Assembly: GCA_043228905.1 (NCBI GenBank)
Contig: JBHGNT010000017.1
Coordinates: 15,128,001-15,192,000 of the forward strand
Reading direction: 5' to 3'
DNA length: 64,000 nucleotides
DNA from: Azolla caroliniana
Lineage: Eukaryota; Plantae; Polypodiophyta
Below are positions 32,631 through 44,088 of this stretch, piece by piece. Below the pieces are notes generated by a model. That model saw only the letters and a program-made list of their open reading frames with translations. It did no database searches and had not been told where the DNA came from. Within the stretch, counting starts at the first letter, position 1. Each line of letters opens with the position of its first letter. The position numbers and the translations under genes were made by a program.

Positions 32631-34589
32631 TTTGCAGTATTTTCAGTCACAGTTGAAGTTGTCCCCTAAACGAGCTCATTGGCAAGATTTTTTGGCAGAA
32701 TTTGACTTCTACATCAACCATAAAAGTGGTGCTCTTAATACTATGTCGGATGCTTTAAGTCGAATGCCTCATTCTTGTACCATTTCGGTGATCACGGATT
32801 CTTCTTTGCTACAAGACATTCGAACAGCTCAACAACGTGATCCTTACACGCAACAATTGATTTCCGATATGGAAATGCAACGTCTGGCCCATGGGTCACT
32901 CAAAATGCAACAAGGTCTATTAATGGTACATGGTACATGGTATAAGGGAAATTAAGGCGCTGATTTTGCAAGAAGCAAATGATTGTAAGATGGCAGGGCA
33001 TGGTGGTATTCACCGAACACTTACCAACATCTAGCGACATTTTTTCTAGCCCCATATGGAGTTGGATGTTAAAGACTACATCCAATCTTGTGTGACATGC
33101 CAACAAGTTAAAGCTCGACGTGGATGACCATATGGATTACTATAACCCATGCCAATCCCCACTCAACCATGGGATGTGGTGAGTATGGATTTCATAGTGG
33201 ATTTGCCCGTGTCGAGAGGTTATAATGCTAACATAACCCTCCAGGTAGCCAAATTGTTCTTCAAACACATATTTAAATATCATGGCATGCTTGTGGCTCT
33301 CGTATCATATGGGGATCCGTGTTTTATTAGTCGATTTTGGCAAGAATTGTTCAAATGGCTAGACAAACAACTTCGAATGTCTTCTACGGCTCATCCCCAA
33401 ACAGATGGCCAAACGAAAAGGGTAAATTATACTCTTGAAGACTACATTCATTGTTATGTGCAAGCGGATCAAAAATATTGGGTGGATCATATCCATATGC
33501 TGGAATTTTGTTATAACTCTTGTAAACATTCTGCCACTGGTTTTTTTCTCCTCTTGAATTAGCTACATGGAAGCAAGTTCTTACACCGTTGGTTTTTGTC
33601 TCTCATGCTATTCGAGATAAAATTAAAGAGCTTTATGTTGACCTTTTTCTAGTAGACTGGCAAGCAACAATGCTTGCCGCACAACAAGGATTACAACAAT
33701 CGAAGGAACGAATGATTCGGGCAGCTAACAAAAAACATCAACACATCGAATTTTTCAAAGGTGATTTGGTCCTTGTTAGTGCCACTCATTGGCCTTTACT
33801 TGGACGACTCTCACCAAAATTTAACCATCATTATTACGGGCCAGATGAAGTACTACAAAGTTTTAATGGAGTTACTAACAAGGTAAAGTTACCTAGTTCC
33901 GTCAAGGTGCATGATACATTTCATGAAAGTTTGCTTAAAAGATTTCATGCAAATAAACATTGGAGCTAGAGGACTAACCTACGTGAGGAAGTTGAAGAAC
34001 CTGAAGCAATCTTAAAACAACAAGTGCGCAATGGAAATATAATTTTTTATCAAATGGAAAGGGCAACCACTTTCGGAAGCCACAAGGACCTCTAAAGAAA
34101 GTTTGTTTCGTTCGGATCCCACATTCTTGTTCAGGTACCCTATCTATCATTAGTATTACAATGGCAAGGGTTTAGACACTACCTACTGTATCAGTATGGT
34201 AAGACCACTTTTGCCATTGGTCTTCTTTCTCTCTTTTTCATTATGTTTTTAGACATAGCATGTCATGTTAGTGTACTGGTGTTTCAGTTTTGAGGATGAA
34301 ACTCTTCGCCTCATGGGAGAGAGTTATGTTATGGAGTAGTTAGGATTAGAGAAATTAAGGGAAGATTGGTTGGGTACTGTAGCTAGAGAAATTAGTGGTC
34401 AAGTAGTTGAGTGACGAGTCCATGGGTATTTAAGTAGCTTGTGTGCACAAACAAGAGGAGGCCATTTTCTAGAAATTAGGGGGATGCCCCCATGTAATAC
34501 TTCCTCTTTAATGCAACAATACCCTTTTCTCTTATTCTATTGAGTACCCCTCTCTATAATTTCCTTTCTCCCTTCAGTGTTTCCTAATA
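32631..34589 (+). mobile_element. 3' part of the outer gypsy element (RH end, integrase, chromodomain remnant, PPT, probable 3' LTR 34327-~34589)
   Basis: WQDFLAEFDF, PWDVVSMDFIVDLP, AHPQTDGQTKRVN, VHDTFHESLLK, EPEAIL; purine tract GGGAGAGAG then TGTTA at 34327; LTR right end is approximate. Confidence 0.8.
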
Positions 34590-36076
34590 GTAATTATAAT
34601 AATAATACTAATGGTAGCAATTAACAAAATAAAGTACAAAAATAATAATATAATAACAAAACACCCCTCTCCCTCATCAATAAATATTAATGTACACTAA
34701 ATTAGACATACACATTAGTACACATACATGACATTGAAATACCTATACATGTTCATATACGCACACCCACACCCTCACGAATGCTTAAATACTTATAACA
34801 CGTTATCCCTGAAGGACATCAACATCCTCAAACATTATACCTAGAAGACTCGAATCAACCCATCTATCCTCTCTAGTTCAAGTCCCTTGTGGTCCCCCTC
34901 TAATTTCACATGCACACGCATAACTTTGCGACAACGTACTACTAGATGGATTGTAGTGAGTCGATGGTATGTTTGTATAGTTCAAATAACAATTGTGACA
35001 TCTCCACTCTCAGAATCTCTTGACAGACACCACTTGTTTCACTCTCACCAACATAAAAAAACATGTCCCGCTAGCAACTTTGATGGAATAGGGAGAAAAA
35101 ACATGAAATGGAACCCAATCCGAACCAATAATAAATAGTTCACTCGTAACTAGGTATTCCCTCTCCTTCATATGTGTAGGGATTCGTCAATATACTTCTT
35201 CCACATAGAGTTTTCATTAGGTTTTATTATCTTAATAATCATCCTTATGCAATGGATATCAAAGTCAGAGAATGTCATAAAAATTTGGAATTACACCATA
35301 ATACCCTGCAGTGATTTACTTCTTGATAATCTCAATGAAAGCATTGCACTATTGGATCATGATTACTACCGGATGTTCCATGATCACAAGTAGTTAAGCA
35401 TAACAAGATCGACACATTCATACAACAAGAATGTAGATCTAAATCAGCAAATAGGTATCCGCAAGGTGTACAAAGTGACAAATAATATGCTAATAAGATG
35501 AGATCCACTACAAGAAATAGAATTGAATCTGAGTCCTACAAATACCCTCATAAAACCAAAACTGTAGATCTACCACAAGGCAACAGATATTAATTCTCGA
35601 GATGTACTAATCCACAAATATATATTTACAAGAACAGATCCAATGCAAATAACAGGAATAAAACAGTTTTTAGTGTTTCAAATTCGCGCTCTTTGAATGC
35701 ACTTCCTTTGTAACTGCCAATAGAATATGAGAGCAAGCAATGTAACAAACAAGCATGCATCTATTAAAAAAAGGCAAAGCAAATTTAATGATCATACAAC
35801 TTGAGAACAAAGATTGCCTTAAACTTTACAAGCTCTTTGGAAAAAATTACTGGCATTCAATTAATAATGTTAGCTACAAATTAGGCACACATCTTGAGAG
35901 CACAAAGCAAATAATTTGTGTTTAAAAATCACAGTTGAAGTCAGTTCAAAGAGAGCATTGCCTTGTTTCAATGCTCCCATAATGAATTCAATAGTTAATT
36001 TCTCACCTATTTCTCCTATTCTTGCTTTTCTTAGTGTTCCATTGCACAGGTAAGTGCAATACAGACAAATTGTGTG

Positions 36077-39000
36077 TTATGCTCCCTCATCTTTCTCTGG
36101 ATGTGATTGACTCTCCGCAGCATTACCTTTATGAGAACTTGTTTTCCAAAGGCGTAACTGACCCCTAAATAAGGGTTTCTTCGGAACAGGTATCATCTTA
36201 CCGAGCAAGGCAATGGGCCAACTGAGAAACCCAATCACAATGCAAAGTAACCAATGTTGCCATGAAAGCGCCAGGGTTGATGCAAACTTGTTCAAGAACT
36301 CCACAATGATTACTTGCAATATGGAAGTGGTCACCAAGATGCCAACAAACAAGGGATTTCTGAAAAGGCCCTCAAAGATGTTTAGTTCTTGGGGCTTCCT
36401 GGCATTAACTTCATTGAACAACTGGCATAGAACAAAGGCATTGAATATGATGGTATTGTTCAATTCTTTGGCCTTTGGACCATTCAACTTTAACAATTTC
36501 TCACCCTTGAATTGGAATGTTAGAAGCACTATGATCTGGTAGAAAGCTTGCACAATGAGATTTCTAAACATGATGTTAGATATGATAGGTTCTTTCCGAC
36601 CCACGGGTGGTCTATGCAGCAATTCATCAGTGGGCGGCTCCGTGGCCAATGCAAGTGCTCCTAGAGTATCCATAATGAGATTAACCCATAAGAGCTGGAC
36701 AGCAGTCAATGGCACATCTCCCGATGATACGGCAGCAACGAAATTGATCGTAAGTGCGGCCACATTTACAGTCAACTGAAACTGTATAAATTTTTGTATA
36801 TTGAGATATATTGATCTTCCCCACCGCACGACTTTCACCACCGATGCGAAGTTATCATCTAGTATGATAATGTCTGAGCTCTCCTTAGCTACTTCTGTTC
36901 CTTGAATTCCCATGGCCAAACCTATATCCGCTTCATGAAGGGCAGGTGCATCATTGGTGCCATCTCCAGTCACTGCTACTACCTCACCGAGCTCTTTTAG
37001 GGTTTTTACCATCAACAATTTATCCGAAGGAGAAGAACGTGCCATCACACTTATCTTGAGCACTTCTTTTCTCCTCACTTCATCACTGTATTCTCGGAAA
37101 GTAGAGCCTTCGATGGCGACGCCATCGGGCAGAAGAATGCCACATTCAGTGGCAATCGCTTTGGCAGTGGCGAGGTTATCGCCAGTGACCATACGAACAA
37201 CTACACCAGCATTCTGACACTTTTGCACAGCTTCCAAGACACCCGGACGGCAGGGATCTTTTATACCCACTATGGCAATGAGTGTGAGTGGTCCTTCTGG
37301 GATTTTCCAGGCTTCCAATTCTTCTGCTATAGTTGGCAACTCAGATCCCTTGAGTTCACGATAACCGAATGCTATGCACCTCAAGCTTTGAGCTGCCATT
37401 CCATCAATCACATTTACTAAATCGTTTCGCATGCCCTCGGTAATAAGAATCGATGTGTCGCCCGAAGACAAAACCGCTTCACTCTCTCTAAGGACTATTT
37501 CAGCAGCTCCTTTCCAATGAACATGAACCTTTCCGCTTCCTTTAACCTTCACTGCTACCCCTGCCCTCTTCTTAGTCGAATTGAACGTCTCCACTTGCAA
37601 AATGGTCGACAAGGATTTCACAGATTCAAAGTTCATACCGAGCATCAAACCCCAACTTAAGATAGCTTTCTCTGTAGGGGAGCCCACAACCTCCATGTCT
37701 TTGCCTTTTTCTTCTTCATTTGGCATGTTCACACTACCACTGCTATTTTGTGCAATACCTTCTAGCAAAACATCATAGAAAGGAAATTGTTGCAAATCAT
37801 TCTCTCTGAACTCACCAGCAACCCATGCTTTTACCACAGTCATCTGATTCAGCGTTAAGGTGCCTGTTTTATCAGTGCAAATGGTTGTTGCACTACCCAT
37901 GGTTTCACAAGCAGAGAGTCTTCTCACGAGAGCTCGATCCACCATCATTTTCTTCATTGCATATGCGAGAGACAAAGTCACGGAAAGAGGCAATCCCTCT
38001 GGCACCGCTACAACAATAATAGTAACCGCTATTGCAAATATGTCTACCACAGTGTTTAAAACTGTGCTAAAGGGAGTATGTCCAGCCTTGAACTTCCCAG
38101 ATTTGTTTGATCCTTCTTTGTGGCCAACAAAGTAGAAGATAAACAAGATAAGGAACACAATGATCGCCACAGCTAAACCGATCTGACCAATAAATGTGGC
38201 AACGCCATTTAACCGAACCTGTAGCGGTGTTTCTTCTCCAGAATCTTCTCCTAGTTGTGACATTAACAGACCCCATTCAGTTCTCATCCCAACTCCAGTT
38301 ACGATCATTTTCCCATCTCCATCATTCACCTTACATCCCGACAACAGGAATGGAGCCTTCTGATTCACATGAACAGGTTCACTTTCTCCGGTCATACTTG
38401 ATTCATCTAAACACAAGGCATGACCTTCCACAAATAGTCCATCAGCAGGCACTTGATCACCTATATGAAGAAGAACAATATCTCCTAACACAATCTCAAA
38501 TATCGAGATTTTCATCCTCTTACCCCCTCTTATTACATCCACGAGTATGTTCTGTTTCTCTTCGTTGAGAGTTGAGAATTGCAAAGATTGTCTGTAATCA
38601 CTGATCGATGTCACGAGAACAACAAGGATGACTGCAAAAGCAATGCTAGTACCATCATACCACCCTTCTTTGATTCCATGGCTTTTGATTCCAAATGCAA
38701 GAGAGAGAGATGCACATACCATTAGAATAATGAGTGTAGGGTCTTTACATGCATCGAAGACAAAGCTGAAGAAGCTTTTCGATGGTTGTTTAGGGTAAGT
38801 ATTCGAACCGAACTCTTCTCTAATCTTCTCAATATGCTGAGGATCGACATCGATTAATCCTTTCTCAAGAGAAGTGCCGAGATGACGAGACAAGCCTTCG
38901 ACCCCACCAAATTCGTGCGTAATTGCATCTACATTTCGGGTTTGAAGGATCAAAGCGAGAGCATCAGCAGAGATTTTGGTCACAGACTGAGGTAAAGGAA

Positions 39001-39580
39001 CGTCTTTGATTAGACTTTGGAATCGGTTCGCTGCTCTGATGGCTTGTAACGTGCCTCTTAACGTCCTTAACCTTGCTATCCTCTCTATATCTTCCGTATA
39101 CCTGAACCTTCTAGCTGCATTCAGCACTAGTGTTGCTTTCTTCCATCTCTGCAGAGACACAGCCGGTCGATTCTTCGTCGGGATTTCAAACACATCAGAG
39201 AATTCGTCTTCTTCTCCTCCTCCTTCTTTTCGCCTTTCCGCATCTTTCCCTTCTCCATGTCTGCTTTCATCCTTTCCTTCGCTATACATTTCCTTGTCTC
39301 TCTCTTCATGTTTCCCTTTATACCTTTCTTCATCGCCGGCTTCGTCATATCTACCTGTACCCGTCTCTGCAGACACATCATTATTTTCATCTTTCTCTTC
39401 GTACGTTTCTTCCTTTGATTCGTTCTCCACGAACTTGTTTTCGACTCTTTCCTCTCCATCTCTGCTGCCATGGCGGTAAGGATCTCCATCTTCATCTCCA
39501 AGCCGATCGTCAATGCCATCTCCATCGCTGCCGGATGCTTGGGCCGGATGAGGAAGGCGTTTGGTTTCATCGGGATTCAT
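36077..39580 (-). CDS. ACA: Calcium-transporting P-type ATPase, P2B/autoinhibited type (ACA8/9/10-like), intronless CDS, 1167 aa
   Basis: CaM-binding autoinhibitory segment RWKKATLVLNAARRFRYT...AIRAANRF; DESSMTGES; VAVPEGLPL; phosphorylation site DKTGTLT; KGAAE; MVTGDN; VTGDGTNDAPAL; QLLWVNLIMD; uninterrupted ORF. Confidence 0.97.
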   Translation of the reverse strand: MNPDETKRLPHPAQASGSDGDGIDDRLGDEDGDPYRHGSRDGEERVENKFVENESKEETYEEKDENNDVSAETGTGRYDEAGDEERYKGKHEERDKEMYSEGKDESRHGEGKDAERRKEGGGEEDEFSDVFEIPTKNRPAVSLQRWKKATLVLNAARRFRYTEDIERIARLRTLRGTLQAIRAANRFQSLIKDVPLPQSVTKISADALALILQTRNVDAITHEFGGVEGLSRHLGTSLEKGLIDVDPQHIEKIREEFGSNTYPKQPSKSFFSFVFDACKDPTLIILMVCASLSLAFGIKSHGIKEGWYDGTSIAFAVILVVLVTSISDYRQSLQFSTLNEEKQNILVDVIRGGKRMKISIFEIVLGDIVLLHIGDQVPADGLFVEGHALCLDESSMTGESEPVHVNQKAPFLLSGCKVNDGDGKMIVTGVGMRTEWGLLMSQLGEDSGEETPLQVRLNGVATFIGQIGLAVAIIVFLILFIFYFVGHKEGSNKSGKFKAGHTPFSTVLNTVVDIFAIAVTIIVVAVPEGLPLSVTLSLAYAMKKMMVDRALVRRLSACETMGSATTICTDKTGTLTLNQMTVVKAWVAGEFRENDLQQFPFYDVLLEGIAQNSSGSVNMPNEEEKGKDMEVVGSPTEKAILSWGLMLGMNFESVKSLSTILQVETFNSTKKRAGVAVKVKGSGKVHVHWKGAAEIVLRESEAVLSSGDTSILITEGMRNDLVNVIDGMAAQSLRCIAFGYRELKGSELPTIAEELEAWKIPEGPLTLIAIVGIKDPCRPGVLEAVQKCQNAGVVVRMVTGDNLATAKAIATECGILLPDGVAIEGSTFREYSDEVRRKEVLKISVMARSSPSDKLLMVKTLKELGEVVAVTGDGTNDAPALHEADIGLAMGIQGTEVAKESSDIIILDDNFASVVKVVRWGRSIYLNIQKFIQFQLTVNVAALTINFVAAVSSGDVPLTAVQLLWVNLIMDTLGALALATEPPTDELLHRPPVGRKEPIISNIMFRNLIVQAFYQIIVLLTFQFKGEKLLKLNGPKAKELNNTIIFNAFVLCQLFNEVNARKPQELNIFEGLFRNPLFVGILVTTSILQVIIVEFLNKFASTLALSWQHWLLCIVIGFLSWPIALLGKMIPVPKKPLFRGQLRLWKTSSHKGNAAESQSHPEKDEGA

Positions 39581-39671
39581 AGCTGAGATATATACAGATA
39601 CGTATGTATGTATATTAGCAAAAACCCTAATTCATACAGAGACAGAGACAGAGAAATGCAGAAACCCTACT

Positions 39672-39675
<4 letters not shown>

Positions 39676-39702
<27 letters not shown>
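39676..39702. repeat. (GA)n microsatellite in the probable ACA 5' UTR
   Basis: Dinucleotide run ~100 bp upstream of the ATG. Confidence 0.8.
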
Positions 39703-39706
<4 letters not shown>

Positions 39707-39768
39707 CTCAGATTTTCAAATTTCAAATTTTTCAACCGTACTATTTCCCGCCCTTATTTCTTCTACTT

Positions 39769-39886
39769 AATTAGTGGGTGATTAACCTCCTAATCTCCTA
39801 ATCTCCCCTCTTGATTAACCTCCTAATTTTTTTTCAATTAGTGGGTGATTAACCTCCTGTGATCTCCCCTCTTGACGACTTGACTC
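39769..39886 (-). promoter_or_regulatory. Duplicated proximal upstream block of ACA with W-box-like cores
   Basis: AATTAGTGGGTGATTAACCTCCT at 39769 and 39836; GATTAACCTCCT three times; TTGAC at 39872 and TTGACT at 39880. Confidence 0.4.
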
Positions 39887-40232
39887 GGACCGGCACATAT
39901 GGCACTTTGTTTTGTTTTCATCAAGTGCAATGTACATATATTCTTAATGAGTCTCAATTAATGGGCACGTAAGTGTCATTTGGTCTCGATTAAGGGCACA
40001 TCCGTAGTATCTGATTTCAACCAATCTGCACTTGAACCAATTGCTATATATAACGGAAACAAATTGACACGGACACAGAGCATGCCTTTCTATTTGATTA
40101 GATGGAGATGTTGGTGACGCTCGCATTGGTTTCGTCAACCCGTGGGACGTCTCAACAACATAAGTGTCGATTGTACTACTTGGGCAGGTAGGTTCTAGCC
40201 TCTTTGTTGCGTATAACAACCCATACTGATGT

Positions 40233-43200
40233 TATTCAATAGCAGGACGCATCACCTGACTTAAGCCTCTTGGCCACAATCAATATCATCGTTGATCTTC
40301 ACTTCCAAGTTCCCACCCCTTGTGTTGTCGATACATTCAGCAAATCAAAACTTGCGCCTGCATTTGCGAATCCGAAAAAGTATGTGAATTGCTTGCTTCG
40401 TCCCTTTCTTGCAAAACAACTTGTTGCGAAGTTTTCTTGGGGTGTGCAATCAAGACATTTATGTTGTCTATTGAATGGCCGATAATAAATACAAGCACAT
40501 GGGGTGGTTTTATTGACTTCGATACAACACCACTTTATTGGGAAAGTTGGACCACTACCATTAATCCACATTGCATTCATGCTCAATGAATCAATGTAGC
40601 TGAAAGTTATATAGAAGGCTGGTTTTTCTTTTTGGCTTGCTTAAGAAGTTAGAACCCTATGAAAGGTTCCTAAACAACTCAATCACCGATAGGTCTAGAG
40701 TCAAACAAAAAACAAAATGACCATCTTTAAATGCAAAAACAATTAAGTCCACCATATAAGAGAGACATATTTGTATTTGTGTGTTTGTTGTATGTATGCA
40801 AGGCTTGAAAACATAAATATACAAGTCATTGAATCATTAACCTCATGGACAAGTAACCAATATTTGTTTCATTCTCAATCTCATAAACATTAAGCCATAG
40901 CCATGAATACATTCACATTTTGCAAATAAGCTTTCCTATAGACTCAACTATAACACGCACACACATTCACACTTATATAGTAATAAATACAAGAGTGGGT
41001 TTCACTGTTTGTGCTAGCATGTATATCGCCACGTGTCGCACATGTAACACTTCTACCACTTTTCTTTGCATCCTACAGATAAGTTTTCCATTTCGGGTAC
41101 GAAGACGGTTGCTTCTATCTGCGACCTCTTTTGGAAGTTTGTATCATGTCGAGTGAGATTTCCAACAAGCTATTATTTATTGAAATCCAATATTTGCTTG
41201 AAACTTTATGGCCAAAACATTGATTGCCTATTGTAAATGCCTTCTCTGACTTTTTTCATCCTAGTTCGCCTTAATTCTTCAAAGCTACTATTAATAATTA
41301 GGTAATTAACTAAGGGTTAATTAATATCTAATTAATATCTCTCAAATTCTCACATACACACACACATACGTGATTAAGCAATAGAAGATTATATGATGTG
41401 TGTGTGTGTGTATGTGAGAATTTGAGAGAAAGAGAGAAAGAACACTTATGAATAATAAGACAAGATGGGGGATGATTAACAAGAGTGTAGCTAAAGACTT
41501 TTCTCTATATTAAAAATCATCAAGTTACAAAAATACCCACAATGGGGTATATATAGATCTCATGTGCAAGGGTGCACATGTGTCACGAGAATATAGGTAC
41601 AAGGATGTAAGTCCTATATTAAACGTACTGGGGATTGGAGGATCTAAAACGTATCCCACTTAAGTACAAGGTCCTATTTAAGTCTTTAAGGTCAACACAC
41701 TAACTAGATTTTATCTAGTTAATTACTAAGTTATGTGGTTAACGAAATGGCTAAACTTAGTTGAGCTCGATATCCCAACAACTACCTTCGACCTCTTGAC
41801 ACTAAAGCATCCATAACTATGTTTAAAGTGTCATAACCGGCTTGTACCTATATCTTACTTTCTTTTAGCCACATTGTTGAGCACAAGTATTTACAATACA
41901 ACAACGTGTCAAAAGGGAAATGCATCAACCCACATGCTGTGTATGATATTTCTTGTGAGGCTGCAATATTTTTGAACCTTGTGAGGTTGGAATAGTTCTT
42001 TTGCATGCATCTCTTTATTGGCATACTTAGTTTACTTAATCCCAACAAAGCATACACAATTTGCACAAAGCATAGTCACAATTTTTCTAACCTTGATGAC
42101 ATATGGTCTAATGTACTTACGTCAAACCTCAAACTATGGATCTCTGCGTTACCAAACCGAACCCTAGCCAACAAGTTTTACTCCCTTCACATCCTCTAAC
42201 AAAATCTTTAAGATTGACACAAAAACTACTACTTTTTGTGTGTGCCCAAACATCAATATAAACGAAAAGAAACATCAATGGGCAAAACTGTAAAGAAGAA
42301 GACATTAAAATGCAAAGCACAATATGATGCAAACTCCTTTATTTCTAGAAACAAAGAAAAAGGAAAATTATGCTACTTTGTTATTTATCTTAAAATACGG
42401 ATTATGGATTGCTACTAAAAATAATTTTCGGACACTTTGGAGTTGCATCCTATCTTTCAATTGACAAATTGAAGGATAATCTCGAAGTTTTCTCCTCGTT
42501 TAGTTGGTTGTTTTCCTCTACTTTGGATGCATATAGATTCGTTTCCTTAGCTTAGTATAACGAAGGATTCATGGCGAGCCATTGTCTTACACAAGACGGG
42601 CTTGGGAAGGATAGTTGTTTCCATTCCATCTATTTTGTATGTTGTAATTGATATGCTTTTTAAAAACTAATGGAAGGATATTTTGTTTTGAAAAAAGAAA
42701 AATTTTGTCGAAAGTTGGGCCTCAGAGCAATAAATTGTCTTACTAAACCATGATTATAGTAAAACGAAGCAAGAAAATCCCATTTTAATGTTGATTTATA
42801 AAAACCTTTCAAATCCGGCCTCTAATTCAAGGAACATTATTAAAACACCAAATCAACAATCAACTAACTTGAAAAGTGTTATGATCACATGGAGTTACCT
42901 TATTGAAGGGGTATAATTGAGCCTCTATCCTCCAATATTCAATAGCATGATGCATCACATGACTTGTGCCTCTTGGCCACAATCAATACCATCGTTGTTC
43001 TCTTCACTTGCCACCCTTGTCAATACATTCAACAAATGAGGACCCTTACCATCCCGTCGTCCTCGTCGACATTGTGACACAAACGCACTCTTTGTACTTG
43101 TTTAACGCACACACGCATTGAACCCACCCCTGCATTGGCCATCCAGAAAAGTATCTAAATTGCTTGCTTTTCCATTTCTTGCAATGCAACTTGTTGCTAA

Positions 43201-44088
43201 GTTTCCTTGGGGTGTGCAATCAAGACATCTATGTTGTCTATGGAATGGCTGATAATAAATACAAGCACATGGGGTGGTTTTATTGACTTTGATACAACAC
43301 CAGTTTTTGGGCAAGTTGGACCACTACCATTAGTCTATATTGCATGTCAAATGGGAAATGCATCATCACACATGCTATGTATGCTATTTCTTCTTAGTTT
43401 TTAAAACTGTGTGAGGTTGCAATATTTCTTTTGTGTGCATCTATTTAGTGACATCCTTATTCCACTTAATCCCAACAAAGCATACACAATTTGCACAAAA
43501 CATTTTTCGTAATTGTTCTAACCTTCATGATCCAGATGTGACATATGGTCTAATGTACTTGCATCAAACCTCAAACTATGGACCTTCGCATTACCAAACC
43601 AAACGTAGACAACAAGTTTTACTCCCTTCACATCCTATAACAAAATCCTTAAGATTGACACAAAACTACTTTTGTGTGTACTCAAACATCAATATAAACG
43701 AAAAGAAACATCCATGGGCAAAACTATAAAGAAGAAGACATTAACATGCAAAGCACAATGTGATGCAAACTCTTTTATTTCTAGAAACAAAGAAAAATGC
43801 AATTATGCTAATTTATTATTTATCTTAACAAAAATACAATCCAAAGTTGGGCCTAAGAGAGCAATAAATTGTCTTACTAAACCACGATTATAGTAAAACG
43901 AAGCAAGAAAATCACGTTAAAATGTTGTTCTACAAAAACCTTTCAAACTTGCCCATTAAAAACAATTGATGGGCCTCTAATTCAAGGAACATTGTTAAAA
44001 CACCATACCAACAATCAACCAACTTGAAAAGTGTTTATGATCACATGGAGTTACATTATTGAAGGGGTATAATTGAGCCTCTATCCTC
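40233..44088. repeat. Old head-to-tail tandem duplication (copy A 40233-42932, copy B 42936-44088)
   Basis: Three collinear blocks are shared (40233-40580/42936-43345, 41910-42390/43350-43830, 42705-42932/43840-44088); copy A has two extra segments. Confidence 0.85.
41289..41780 (-). mobile_element. Old solo LTR
   Basis: Ends in CCCAACA at 41780; left end TATTAA (decayed TGTTAA); imperfect TSD GCTAC/ACTAC. Confidence 0.6.

Noticed and set aside
35100-36076. Extra exons or a 3' UTR intron of the ACA gene
   Set aside because: Only a weak acceptor-like site near 35507 was seen; it cannot be supported without transcripts.
40299-40586. Cys-rich ORF repeated at 43102-43314 as a small protein gene
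   Set aside because: Start and end are not conserved between the two copies, and the similarity is explained by the DNA duplication.
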